Shown: positions 17,078-26,511, numbered from the stretch's first letter. The stretch is 32,000 nucleotides of DNA from Okeania sp. (GCF_035285525.1 NZ_JAYKGW010000117.1:8323-40322); one strand, 5' to 3'. The notes: generated by a model not told the origin, from the sequence alone. Program-made: numbers and translations.

Positions 17078-18291
17078 GCAATACAAGCAGTCATAAAACA
17101 AGCGATGGAACCTCCAATCATAGCTCTAAATCCCAATTTTGCTAAATCGCGCTGCCGGGATGGAGCAATAGTACCGATTCCACCTATCTGGACAGCAATG
17201 GAACCAATATTAGAAAATCCACATAAAGCATAAGTGGCAATAACTTGCGATCGCTCGGAAATAACATTAACTGTTTCGCCTTTTTGAGAATTTTCAATCA
17301 GTGTCTTTAAATCCAAATAAGCAATAAATTCATTCAAAATCGTTTTCTTACCCAACAAAACCCCCACTTGACTACAGTCTATCCAAGGTACTCCCATCAA
17401 CCAAGCAACAGGAGCAAACAATAAAGCAAAAATCGACTCCAAAGATAACTTAGGTAACCCGAAACCACCACCTATCCATGCCAATATTCCATTGATCATC
17501 GCCACCAAACCTAAAAAAGCAATCAACATTGCTCCCACATTAACAGCTAATTTTGCTCCTTCTCTAGCGCCCGTTGTTGCTGCATCAATCACATTAGCAT
17601 AAGTCTGCTTTACCTCCACTTTCACCGTTCCCGCAGTGGGAGACTCTTCTGTTTCTGGGAACAATATTTTTGATATTGCCAATGCTGCGGGTGCCGACAT
17701 TACGGAAGCAGCAAGCAAATGTTCGGCAGGTATTCCAAAAGAAATATAAGCTGCTAATACTCCTCCCGCAACCGTAGCAAAACCACCAGTCATAACCGCG
17801 TGTAATTCTGAAAGAGTCATAGTTTCCACATAAGGTTTAATTATCAACGGCGCTTCTGTGGAACCGACAAAAATATTAGCGGAACAAGAGAGAGATTCGG
17901 CACCGGAAGTTTTCATGGTTTTTAACATTATCCATGCAAATAATTTAACTACTCGTTGCAAAATTCCATAGTGATACAGAATAGTAATTAATGAAGAGAA
18001 AAAGATAATTGTTGGTAGTATTTGGAAGGCAACAAAATGGTCAAGATAGTCATCTCCAAAGACAAATTTTGCTCCAGCATCAGAAAATTTTAATAATTGA
18101 CTAACTACATCGGCAATAAATTGAAACACTATTAAACCAGTTTTACTCTTTAAAATTATTAGTGCAAATAATAATTGTAAACCTATTCCCCAAAAAACAG
18201 GTTGCCATTTAATTTTGTTTCTTTTTGCAGATAAAAGAATGGCTATACCTACAAAAACTATTAATCCTAATGCTGATATTAATCTTTCCAC
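17062..18291 (-). CDS. Concentrative nucleoside transporter (NupC/CNT family)
   Basis: 409-aa polytopic membrane ORF. FVGSTEAPL, MTGGFATVAGGVLAAY and GFSNIGSIAVQIGG are conserved CNT motifs. Confidence 0.85.
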   Translation of the reverse strand: MERLISALGLIVFVGIAILLSAKRNKIKWQPVFWGIGLQLLFALIILKSKTGLIVFQFIADVVSQLLKFSDAGAKFVFGDDYLDHFVAFQILPTIIFFSSLITILYHYGILQRVVKLFAWIMLKTMKTSGAESLSCSANIFVGSTEAPLIIKPYVETMTLSELHAVMTGGFATVAGGVLAAYISFGIPAEHLLAASVMSAPAALAISKILFPETEESPTAGTVKVEVKQTYANVIDAATTGAREGAKLAVNVGAMLIAFLGLVAMINGILAWIGGGFGLPKLSLESIFALLFAPVAWLMGVPWIDCSQVGVLLGKKTILNEFIAYLDLKTLIENSQKGETVNVISERSQVIATYALCGFSNIGSIAVQIGGIGTIAPSRQRDLAKLGFRAMIGGSIACFMTACIAGILL

Positions 18292-18342
18292 AATTTATTA
18301 TATTTCCTCTAATTTATTGTACTCAAATAACATACCTAAAAA

Positions 18343-18594
18343 TGTAGGTTGGGTTAAGGTAGAAAACCCAATCCAATAATTATTATTCCATAAATATAGA
18401 TTAGGTTGAGGCAGAAAGAAACCCAAAAAAACAACAAAACCTGATAATTTTTTAATACAGTTCAGTTCAGAGGAAAACTCCTATAATATCAAACTATTAG
18501 ATACGCTTTTCCCACTATAAAACTGCCCAAAAAAAATCCTTAACTGAACCTATTAGATTATTGTTGGGTTTCACTCCATTTAACCCAACCTACG
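18343..18594. mobile_element. Composite repeat bounded by inverted family B modules
   Basis: CCTAAAAATGTAGGTTGGGTTAAGG at the left and GGGTTTCACTCCATTTAACCCAACCTACG at the right. Confidence 0.55.
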
Positions 18595-18676
18595 CCCTAT
18601 TTAAGTACATAATATATAAATAGATGTAGAGATAGTCCAGTAGTAACACACTGCCTATCCCAGATTTTATAGTTGG

Positions 18677-18720
18677 TAACTAACAGCTAAAAACTGATAA
18701 CTGAAAACTAATAACTGAAA
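18677..18720. repeat. STRR-like tract (CTGATAACTGA-type heptamer-ish repeats) immediately 5' of der
   Basis: TAACTAACAGCTAAAAACTGATAACTGAAAACTAATAACTGAAA. Related tracts occur at 20086-20138, 20263-20303, 30214-30270, 16948-16965 and 11113-11128. Confidence 0.6.
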
Positions 18721-18721
18721 T

Positions 18722-20083
18722 ATGTCCTTACCTATTGTAGCTATTATTGGCAGGCCAAATGTGGGCAAGTCCACAATTGTTAATCGCTTGGCCGAAAATC
18801 AAGATGCCATTGTCCACGACGAACCAGGTATAACACGCGATCGCACTTACCGTAACGCATATTGGCAAGACCGAGAGTTTCAAGTCGTAGATACCGGAGG
18901 TTTAGTCTTTGATGATAATACAGAATTTTTACCCCTCATCCGCGAACAGGCTATGGCCGCTTTAGCAGAAGCAAGTGTGGCCATTTTTGTAGTGGATGGA
19001 CAAACTGGTATAACTGGAGGGGATGAAGAAATTGCCCAATGGCTCCGTCAACAACCTGTTCCGATTATTTTGGCGGTTAATAAGTGTGAATCTATCACGG
19101 AAGGATTGACCCAAGCTGCGATGTTTTGGGAATTAGGTTTAGGAGAACCTTATCCTATTTCTGGTATTCATGGCAATGGTACTGGGGAATTATTGGATGA
19201 TTTAATTACCTATTTGCCAGCGATAGAAGAACTTCCTGAAACGAATGAAATTAGAGTAGCAATTGTTGGGCGTCCGAATGTAGGTAAATCAAGTTTATTA
19301 AACGCATTTCTGGGAGAAAAACGAGCAATTGTTAGTCCTATTTCTGGTACGACAAGAGATGTTATTGATACATTAGTAAAACGTAATGGAAAAACATATC
19401 GTTTGATAGATACTGCCGGAATTAGAAAGAAGAAAAATGTGGAATATGGAGCCGAATTTTTTGGAATTAATCGAGCTTTTAAAGCTATTCGTCGGGCGGA
19501 AGTTATTCTGTTTGTAATTGATGCTTTAGATGGAGTAACAGAACAAGACCAAAAATTAGCAAATAGGATTATTGAAGATGGTAGAGCTTGTGTTCTGGTG
19601 GTGAATAAATGGGATGCTGTGGAAAAGGATAATTATACAATTTATTCTTATGAACAAGAAATCAGATCGAGACTATATTTTATGGAATGGGCGGAGATGA
19701 TTTTTGTTAGTGCATTAACTGGAAAACGAGTCGAAAAAATTATAGAATTGGTCGATAATGCAGCTAATGAATATCAACGTCGGGTGACAACTTCAGTAAT
19801 TAATGAAGTGTTAGAGGAAGCTGTTAGTTGGAATTCTCCTCCGACTAATCGTCAAGGTCGTCAAGGCAAGATTTATTATGGAACTCAAGTAACAAGTAAG
19901 CCTCCAACAATTGCCTTATTTGTAAATGATGCTAAACGCTTTCCTGATAATTATCGACGTTATATTCAAAGTCAATTTCGTCAACATTTAGGATTTAAAG
20001 GTACACCAATAAGATTACTTTGGCGAGGGAAAAAAGTTAGAGAAATGGAACAGAATACTGTTAATAGAGCAACTCGCGTTTAA
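18722..20083 (+). CDS. der: Ribosome-biogenesis GTPase Der (EngA)
   Basis: 453-aa ORF with two tandem G domains, each with [16 protein letters not shown] and NKCE/NKWD, plus a C-terminal KH-like domain. Confidence 0.95.
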   Translation: MSLPIVAIIGRPNVGKSTIVNRLAENQDAIVHDEPGITRDRTYRNAYWQDREFQVVDTGGLVFDDNTEFLPLIREQAMAALAEASVAIFVVDGQTGITGGDEEIAQWLRQQPVPIILAVNKCESITEGLTQAAMFWELGLGEPYPISGIHGNGTGELLDDLITYLPAIEELPETNEIRVAIVGRPNVGKSSLLNAFLGEKRAIVSPISGTTRDVIDTLVKRNGKTYRLIDTAGIRKKKNVEYGAEFFGINRAFKAIRRAEVILFVIDALDGVTEQDQKLANRIIEDGRACVLVVNKWDAVEKDNYTIYSYEQEIRSRLYFMEWAEMIFVSALTGKRVEKIIELVDNAANEYQRRVTTSVINEVLEEAVSWNSPPTNRQGRQGKIYYGTQVTSKPPTIALFVNDAKRFPDNYRRYIQSQFRQHLGFKGTPIRLLWRGKKVREMEQNTVNRATRV

Positions 20084-20085
20084 CT

Positions 20086-20138
20086 CAGTTATCAGTTATC
20101 AGCTTTTTCAGTAATCAGCTTTTTTAGTTTTTTCAGTT
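20086..20138. repeat. STRR-like tract 3' of der, inverted relative to the upstream tract
   Basis: CAGTTATCAGTTATCAGCTTTTTCAGTAATCAGCTTTTTTAG... Confidence 0.6.
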
Positions 20139-20671
20139 TGTTTGATGATGGAAAATAAGATTTTAGCAATCTCATCTGCATCCTGATGGATACTTTCAAA
20201 TGGCAAATTGATAAGCTTTTTGATAAACAATACTGTTATTTATATCCATAAACTTCTAAAAAAGCTAAAAACTGATAACCTAAGATATGATAACTGATAA
20301 CTGTTCACTAGAAAGAAGGTTTATTTATAAGCTATAGACCTTTTTGCCCTAAAGTCAGCTTGAGATATTCCTCCATTTGCTTCTGCTATGTTTACTCCAA
20401 TAGATGTTCTAGTTATTGAGAGTTGTTTAGATAGTACATATTCTTTTCACCTAGAAAATGTAGGAAAAACTATTTATCAAGTCAAACATGAATTACTTTC
20501 AGATTAAAAGCAACAGAAGTATATAATTCAGAGAAGGGAGTTTTATTACCATATTTTAATTTAGGGCGGACTCCTGAAGAGCAATTAGAGAAAAATAAAC
20601 CTGCCATGGCTTCGGGAAAAGCCAGAATGGAAGAAATTAAAAGAAAGTACAACGGGAAAGATTTATCATTA

Positions 20672-20737
20672 TGATTGTAATTTTAGATTCAGGAGTGCTA
20701 GCTTTACTAGCTAGTCCTATTTTTAAAAGATTCTAAC
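20672..20737 (+). pseudogene. Truncated PIN-domain (VapC-like) toxin stub, 21 codons
   Basis: MIVILDSGVLALLASPIFKRF then a stop. The N-terminus resembles cyanobacterial PIN proteins. Its ATG overlaps (ATGA) the stop of an upstream frame that ends ...GRTPEEQLEKNKPAMASGKARMEEIKRKYNGKDLSL and lacks a proper start. Confidence 0.4.
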
Positions 20738-21411
20738 CAGTTTAAGTCAGCAACTTTTGCTTCGATTCTGCTTTTTTCATGTTTAAATACCCATTTTGAT
20801 TTACCAAGTAAATCAAGTTCTTTGACTATTAAAATTATTTCACGATCATCTTTGAACAATAAATTTTCCTGAGATTCTTCAGAAAGGGAAAATTTAGGAT
20901 TAATAGAAAAACTTGTGTTTTGAGTTAAGTAATATAATTGATATGCTTTTTGAAGTTCAGAATTTGGTTTTGGCAACTTATCTGTAATTAATAATAACTC
21001 TTTTTCGCTTGGTGATGTATAAATACCCAAAGGATTACTTTTAGTTTCTGGTGCTGATTCTTTTAGTATTTATTGTAACTTTAATATTTCAGAACTATCA
21101 TTTATTGTATCTCTATCACCAATAAACTTAATAATATCAAGCTTGGCTTTTGTCAGATATGAACAAATAGATTTAATATTTATTTTTTGGTTAGCATCAA
21201 CAGGATTTCAAATGTTTTTGAACCAAACAATAAATGAACCTTGCTCTATATTTTCTAATACTAAATTAGACTCAATTTCAACATCAAGATATTTAATTAA
21301 AGTATTATCTGTTACTTTGGAAAATTCTATGAGTTCCAACATAGCACGAAATACTCTTCCAGGGTCTTCTGTATCTTCTGCAAAATCAATTTTATAACCA
21401 AAATCTGCCAT
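20707..21411 (-). pseudogene. Unknown 235-codon gene interrupted by two in-frame stops (TGA 21208-21210, TAA 21070-21072)
   Basis: ORFs 21208-21411 and 20707-21030 and the stretch between them share one frame. The downstream ORF has only a TTG start and no internal Met. Confidence 0.6.
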
Positions 21412-21480
21412 TATTTATATTAAATATTTCTACTTAAAAACTTCTAGAAAATTCTACTTATATTACTACAAAACTTTACG

Positions 21481-21507
21481 AAAAAAAAGGTGGAGTATAC
21501 CCACCTC
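21481..21507 (-). terminator. Intrinsic terminator (AGGTGG-GTATACT-CCACCT followed by T8 on the minus strand)
   Basis: Stem 21488-21493 / 21501-21506, a 7-nt loop, and an A8 run at 21481-21488 on the plus strand. It lies just 3' of the orphan alaS end. Confidence 0.75.
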
Positions 21508-21519
21508 AAAAACTATAAC

Positions 21520-21579
21520 CTACTTCAACCCATTAACCAACTTCTTCTTCCCACTCTCCAACGCTTCCTTCAACTTACT
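21520..21579 (-). pseudogene. Orphan duplicate of the last 19 codons plus stop of alaS
   Basis: Ungapped 54/60 identity to 22488-22547. It reads [19 protein letters not shown]-stop versus the alaS end [19 protein letters not shown]-stop. Confidence 0.85.
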
Positions 21580-21645
21580 TAGGAGCGATCGCCCTTACTT
21601 TTTCATATATCAAATGTTAATAATTATAATTAAAATACAACTAAT

Positions 21646-22158
21646 TTATTTAAGTATTGATACTAACATCACATCCAATGCTGATAGAATAGCTGCAAAA
21701 CCAAGACAGAAAACAGCGCGATTTAACATCTTAGCTGTATCATTTCTAAGTTTATCTAACTCTATAATTGACTCATTCCAAACTTCAATTAACGAACGCC
21801 GATAATTCTCTTCAGGAATACTAAGACATTTCTCAATCAATCTTTGAGGCAGAATATTTGTTCCTCCTTTTTTCGGTTTAAATCCCCATAATCCAAAAAG
21901 CAAAGAAATAATTAAACTACAAAGAGTTAGTATTTTTAGAATTAAGCACATATTACACTTTAAACAAATGTCTGTGTCTGGCAGATTTAGAATTAGGGAA
22001 TCATCAGGTAAATCTGATGAAAAACGAATCATAACAGCGTCAAAACCAATGACTGTTCCTAATTTAGTATTTAAAGTATTTTTACTAGAATCTAAATCTT
22101 TTAAAACCTGCTGTGCATATTCGTAAATTAGTTGTATATTAGAGTTGTCCTTTTCCAT
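21646..22158 (-). CDS. Small two-TM membrane protein of unknown function
   Basis: 170-aa ORF. An N-terminal soluble helix (YAQQVLKDLDSSKNTLNTKLGTVIGFDAV) is followed by TM1 (CLILKILTLCSLIISLLFGLWGF), a ~55-aa loop, and a C-terminal TM (AVFCLGFAAILSALDVMLVSIL). Confidence 0.6.
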   Translation of the reverse strand: MEKDNSNIQLIYEYAQQVLKDLDSSKNTLNTKLGTVIGFDAVMIRFSSDLPDDSLILNLPDTDICLKCNMCLILKILTLCSLIISLLFGLWGFKPKKGGTNILPQRLIEKCLSIPEENYRRSLIEVWNESIIELDKLRNDTAKMLNRAVFCLGFAAILSALDVMLVSILK

Positions 22159-22168
22159 TAATTTAATT

Positions 22169-22327
22169 ATGTCTAATAATTCACAACAAAGTGAAAACTC
22201 AAATCAGAAAGCGTCTCATACTTCTCAGGAATCAAAACCACCTAAACAACCTGAACAAAATGAACCAACTGTAAAGTTTGAACCTGAAGACAGAATACAT
22301 ATATGGAATAATAGTGAAGATATTTAA
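22169..22327 (+). CDS. Possible small low-complexity hydrophilic protein (52 aa), divergent from the TM gene
   Basis: Starts at ATG 22169 (MSNNSQQSENSNQK...KFEPEDRIHIWNNSEDI). An open frame of this length is unusual in AT-rich DNA, but there is no recognisable motif and essentially no promoter space. Confidence 0.25.
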   Translation: MSNNSQQSENSNQKASHTSQESKPPKQPEQNEPTVKFEPEDRIHIWNNSEDI

Positions 22328-22385
22328 AATCATGTAGATTGAAACTGCTAAATCAATAATTTTTAGGTGGGCTAGTGATAATTAA

Positions 22386-22471
22386 TGTAGGTTGGGTTAA
22401 GCGACAGCGAACCCAACAAAAACGTTCATATACTGCGTTATGTTGGGTTTCGTTCCTCAACCCAACCTACA
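22386..22471. mobile_element. Pair of inverted family B modules (compact composite)
   Basis: TGTAGGTTGGGTTAAGCGACAGCGAACCCAACA ... TGTTGGGTTTCGTTCCTCAACCCAACCTACA, directly 3' of the alaS stop. Confidence 0.65.
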
Positions 22472-22487
22472 AGTAGGGAGCAAAAAT

Positions 22488-25118
22488 TTACTTCAACCCA
22501 TCAACTAACTTCTCCCTCGCACTCTCCAACGCTTCCTTCAACTTACTCGGATCGCGACCCCCTGCTTGCGCTAAGTTCGGACGGCCTCCACCACCCCCTC
22601 CACACATTTTCGCTATCCCGCCAATAAATTTCCCTGCTTGCAAACCTTTACTATTCACAGATTTACTAAAAGCAGCAACTAAACTAACTTTACCCTCAGC
22701 ACCAGCACCCAATACCACAGCACTCTCACCCAACTTTTGCTGCAACCTCTCCGCTGCTGTCTTCAACGCCTCCGCATCAACACCAGGCATTTCCGCTACC
22801 AATATCTGAAACTCACCCACAGTCTCAGCATTCCCCAATAACTGGTCTGACTTAGCAACCGCTAACTCCCCTTTCAACGCTTCCAACTGTTTTTGCGACT
22901 CCTTCAACTCCTGCTGCAAGTTACTCACCCGCTCCGATAACTCTTCCGGTTTTGCCTTAAAGCGATCGCTCAATTCTTTCACCACAACATCCCGGACGTT
23001 CAAATAATCTAATATTGCTAAACCTGCCACCGCTTCAATACGACGCACCCCAGAAGAAATGCCAGCTTCAGAAATAATTTTAAACGCTCCTATTTCTGCC
23101 GTATTATTCACATGAGTTCCTCCACATAATTCCATCGACACTCCCGGATAGTCAACCACCCGCACCACATCGGCATATTTTTCTCCAAACATGGCAACCG
23201 CTCCTTTTTCTTTTGCTACTGCCAATGGCATTTCCGCAACCGTCGCTGGATGTGCTTCCGCTATCCAACTATTTACCTGTGCTTCCACTTCCTCAACTTC
23301 CTCCGGTTTCAACCCCCGCGGAGAATTAAAATCAAACCGCAAACGGTCAAAAGATACCATCGAACCCGCTTGAGAAATTGAGGAATCTACCAAAGAACGC
23401 AACGCTGCTTGTAATAAATGAGTTGCCGTATGGTTTGCCTGCGCTCGACGACGACAAACACCATCTATTTCCGCATTCACTGTCATTCCTAATTTTAACC
23501 TGCCTTTTTCCACAGTACCGAAATGCACAAAAATATTATTCTGTTTCTGTACATCCTCTATCCGCACCACCACATTATCCCCAGTCAGAAAACCGCGATC
23601 GCCTATTTGCCCTCCAGACTCAGCATAAAATGGCGTTTTGTCAAGAACAATTTGTACTTGACTACCCGTTTCCGCATCCTCAACCTGTTGCCCATCAACT
23701 ATTAACGCCATCACTTGGGCAGGGGAAGTCAAATCTGTATATCCTAAAAATTCCGTTTTGTCAACATCTAATTTGACTCCACCCTCGGCAGTCAAATCAA
23801 TAGTTTGATGTGCTAACTGAGCGATAACTTTCGCTTCTCGCATTTCTGAATCAAACCCTTTCTCATCAACAGTTAAACCATTTTCTTCAGCTATTTCCTG
23901 AGTTAACTCTAATGGAAAACCATAAGTATCGTACAACTTGAAAGCATCCGAGCCAGAAATTTGTTTACTTTTCTGAGTTTCTGGTTTTGCCATAACTTCT
24001 GCCAACAGTTTCTCACCCCGCTCCAACGTTTTCAAGAAACGCGACTCTTCCCGTTGTAACTCAGCTTTAATAACAGTTTCCCGTTCCCGAAGATTTGGAT
24101 AAATATCTTCAGATAGAGCGATCGCTGTCTCGGCAACCTTGGATGTAAATTCTCCAGAAATACCAATTAAACGGCCATGACGCACAACTCGGCGAATTAA
24201 ACGTCGCAAAATATAACCCCTGCCAACATTAGATGCAGTCACACCATCAGCAATTAAATGACTCACTGCTCGCACATGATCCCCAATAACTTTCAGAGAA
24301 ACTTTAGTTTTGTCATCACTTTTTGCATAGTCGATACCAGGAATATCAGCAGCAGTTTTAATGATAGGTAAAATGAGGTCAGTTTCATAATTATTCGGCA
24401 CTTTTTGTAATATTTGCGCCATTCTTTCCAACCCCATTCCCGTATCAATATTTCTGTTTTCCAGTGGAGTCAAATTTCCATCCGCATCCCGGTTATATTG
24501 CATAAACACCAGATTATAAAATTCGATAAACCTGCTGTCATCTTCCAAGTCGATGTTTTCATCCCCTAATTCTGGATGAAAATCATAATAAATTTCCGAA
24601 CACGGACCGCACGGACCCGTCGGACCAGACGCCCAAAAATTATCCTCCTCATTCATCCGTTGAATGCGATGTGCGGGAATCCCAATTTGGTCGCGCCAAA
24701 GAGCAAACGCTTCATCATCTTCTCGGAAGACACTGACAACTAAACGTTCTGGTGGTAAACCGAAAACCTTTGTGGAAAGTTCCCAAGCGAAGGCGATCGC
24801 CTCCGGTTTAAAATAGTCACCAAAACTGAAATTACCCAACATCTCAAAAAAAGTGTGATGTCTAGCAGTGCGACCAACATTTTCGATGTCATTGGTACGG
24901 ATACATTTTTGGGATGTGGTAGCGCGGGGATATTTCCGGGGTTCTTGTCCGAGAAATATGGGTTTAAAAGGTAACATTCCCGCAATAGTTAATAATACTG
25001 TAGGGTCTTCTGGAACCAAAGATGCGCTAGGCAAAATAGGGTGTTCCCTTTGTGCGTAAAAGTCGAGAAACTTTTGACGAATTTCGTTACCAGTGAGTTT
25101 TTGGGCAGACATAATCAA
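22488..25118 (-). CDS. alaS: Alanine--tRNA ligase
   Basis: 876-aa [22 protein letters not shown], the editing-domain HTATHLL and CGGTH motifs, and a C-terminal DHHA1-like [15 protein letters not shown]. Confidence 0.97.
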   Translation of the reverse strand: MIMSAQKLTGNEIRQKFLDFYAQREHPILPSASLVPEDPTVLLTIAGMLPFKPIFLGQEPRKYPRATTSQKCIRTNDIENVGRTARHHTFFEMLGNFSFGDYFKPEAIAFAWELSTKVFGLPPERLVVSVFREDDEAFALWRDQIGIPAHRIQRMNEEDNFWASGPTGPCGPCSEIYYDFHPELGDENIDLEDDSRFIEFYNLVFMQYNRDADGNLTPLENRNIDTGMGLERMAQILQKVPNNYETDLILPIIKTAADIPGIDYAKSDDKTKVSLKVIGDHVRAVSHLIADGVTASNVGRGYILRRLIRRVVRHGRLIGISGEFTSKVAETAIALSEDIYPNLRERETVIKAELQREESRFLKTLERGEKLLAEVMAKPETQKSKQISGSDAFKLYDTYGFPLELTQEIAEENGLTVDEKGFDSEMREAKVIAQLAHQTIDLTAEGGVKLDVDKTEFLGYTDLTSPAQVMALIVDGQQVEDAETGSQVQIVLDKTPFYAESGGQIGDRGFLTGDNVVVRIEDVQKQNNIFVHFGTVEKGRLKLGMTVNAEIDGVCRRRAQANHTATHLLQAALRSLVDSSISQAGSMVSFDRLRFDFNSPRGLKPEEVEEVEAQVNSWIAEAHPATVAEMPLAVAKEKGAVAMFGEKYADVVRVVDYPGVSMELCGGTHVNNTAEIGAFKIISEAGISSGVRRIEAVAGLAILDYLNVRDVVVKELSDRFKAKPEELSERVSNLQQELKESQKQLEALKGELAVAKSDQLLGNAETVGEFQILVAEMPGVDAEALKTAAERLQQKLGESAVVLGAGAEGKVSLVAAFSKSVNSKGLQAGKFIGGIAKMCGGGGGGRPNLAQAGGRDPSKLKEALESAREKLVDGLK

Positions 25119-25145
25119 TTATAATGTTAGGTTGTCTAGTTTTAC

Positions 25146-25245
25146 AGGACTTACGGAGGTAAAACCAGAAACCCGGTTTCTCCTAGATATTTATTGTCAA
25201 ACACAATGATTTATCCTAGAAACCGGGTTTCTTTTTGTAAGTCTT
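25146..25245. mobile_element. MITE family A copy (degenerate TIRs, AAACCCGGTTTC core)
   Basis: AGGACTTACGGA at 25146 and TTGTAAGTCTT ending at 25245. Confidence 0.55.
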
Positions 25246-25301
25246 ATTTTAGTTTACACTTTATTGAGGCAAAATTTTACCTGTTGAAATTTTATAACTT
25301 C

Positions 25302-25370
25302 AGGACTCAAACCATGCAAACCCAGAAACCTGGTTTTTGGGAGAAACCGGGTTCCTCCCGTGTAAGTCGT
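25302..25370. mobile_element. MITE family A copy (degenerate)
   Basis: AGGACTCAAACC...GAAACCTGGTTT...GAAACCGGGTT...TGTAAGTCGT. Confidence 0.45.
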
Positions 25371-25507
25371 AAACTTGTAACATTCTTTTTTCAAATTGGT
25401 ATTATGCTACAGTAATTAAATGCAACTTTTGTTAACTTATTAATAATTATAGCCACACTTCTGAGATCCTCCACCCTCTGATTTTTTCAGTAAACCCTAA
25501 AGACTTG

Positions 25508-25960
25508 CTAGATACTAACATCACTACTTACAATAGCCCTACTACTAACAGTGCTTTCTTGAAACAAAGCATTAATTTTCTCAGCAGTTACTCTTTGAAG
25601 CTTAATTTTCTCTAACTCATTCTCAATCTTTTTAACATTTTGTGAATTTTCCTGTTTGGCAACTTCAACCACATCAAGAAGAGCCTGCTTCACTTCTGGG
25701 TCTTGATTAGCAGGTACCTCCAACTCTTGTATTAACTGATAAAAATCAATAGAAAAAGCTTCTGTTTCAGCAGATTTTAAACTAGGCAAAATTCCCGCAG
25801 GCTTTTGTTGTATTAGTTGCCAAAACTTATTCACCTGTTTCACGCTCTTTTCCCCTAAAGCTTTCCCTATTTTTTCCACATATTTAGTTACAAAAGGAAC
25901 CGCAATGAGTCGTACTGCTAAGTCATCTCCTATAGTAGCTTTATAATTACTTTCCAACAA
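25508..25960 (-). CDS. Unknown helical/coiled-coil protein segment (150 codons, TTG start only), in frame with the upstream ORF
   Basis: There is no ATG anywhere in the ORF. It starts one codon after the TAA of ORF 25964-26389 and in the same frame. The C-terminal half is predicted helical (QENSQNVKKIENELEKIKLQRV). Confidence 0.45.
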   Translation of the reverse strand: MLESNYKATIGDDLAVRLIAVPFVTKYVEKIGKALGEKSVKQVNKFWQLIQQKPAGILPSLKSAETEAFSIDFYQLIQELEVPANQDPEVKQALLDVVEVAKQENSQNVKKIENELEKIKLQRVTAEKINALFQESTVSSRAIVSSDVSI

Positions 25961-25963
25961 ATT

Positions 25964-26389
25964 TTACACACTCAAAAGTTTAGGTAAAGGTTCAGCCACT
26001 TCAGCATCCATTAACTCCTTATATTTCTCAAAAACTAAGACTGCTTCTTCATCTTTTCCTGTCAGTTTTTCATAATAATTAGCCACAGAAAACCAGTGTT
26101 CAAATGCCAGAATAAATAAACCATTCTCACCTAATTCCATCCGCCAATATTTAGAAGGACGAGAATCTATTACTTGAAATAAAGGTGCAGGATTTTTGAT
26201 AGGAAAATAAGTAAAACGTTCATCACAAATATAATACCAAATATTTTTTTGCCAGGTGTAAAGTGCATAGACAACATATTCTTTACCAACTATCAAATTA
26301 AATTCAGTTTCTTTAGTACGATATAGAGATGAATCCAGATAATTTTCAGGTAGAAATTCTCCAGTATTAGCAATACAACAAACTTTCAT
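25964..26389 (-). CDS. Unknown 141-aa protein, Trp/Tyr-rich and probably a beta-rich small domain
   Basis: Its ATG overlaps (ATGA) the stop of the preceding 40-codon ORF. I see no recognisable catalytic motif. Confidence 0.55.
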   Translation of the reverse strand: MKVCCIANTGEFLPENYLDSSLYRTKETEFNLIVGKEYVVYALYTWQKNIWYYICDERFTYFPIKNPAPLFQVIDSRPSKYWRMELGENGLFILAFEHWFSVANYYEKLTGKDEEAVLVFEKYKELMDAEVAEPLPKLLSV

Positions 26390-26508
26390 AATCTATTTAT
26401 CTCTCTAATTTTTCCGCGCTGTTCTGGGATAGGTACGTTTAATTTTGTATTCCACGTTTTGCCCAGTTTTATTATTTCTATACCAATGTATTTCAACAAT
26501 TGCTCCAT
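26386..26508 (-). CDS. 40-codon ORF between hicB-like and the 141-aa ORF (possibly a HicA-like relic)
   Basis: MEQLLKYIGIEIIKLGKTWNTKLNVPIPEQRGKIREINRL. It starts 3 nt after the hicB-like stop and ends in an ATGA overlap. The resemblance to the HicA layout is weak and there is no GSH motif. Confidence 0.3.
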   Translation of the reverse strand: MEQLLKYIGIEIIKLGKTWNTKLNVPIPEQRGKIREINRL

Positions 26509-26511
26509 CAA

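Noticed and set aside
16970-17233. 87-aa ORF on the plus strand
   Set aside because: The first half is a translation of the perfect 48-bp tandem duplication. The rest is antisense to the well-supported NupC-family gene.
20140-20262. Possible ~40-codon minus-strand ORF (…IKKLINLPFESIHQDADEIAKILFSIIKQTEKTKKADY)
   Set aside because: Only a TTG start is available right after a stop, there is no recognisable motif, and its end runs into the STRR-like tract. It could be a gene relic but is not supportable.
21143-21805. Plus-strand ORFs 21143-21397 and 21614-21805
   Set aside because: They are antisense to the 235-codon pseudogene frame and to the TM protein gene respectively, and are AT-rich and low-complexity.
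23191-25059. Several plus-strand ORFs inside alaS (23191-23373, 23378-23776, 23523-23705, 24868-25059) and the minus-strand ORF 24740-24985
   Set aside because: They are antisense or out of frame relative to a 876-aa alaS gene with unmistakable motifs.
25194-25415. 73-aa ORF (+) upstream of alaS
   Set aside because: It spans two degenerate family A MITEs and has no independent coding signal.
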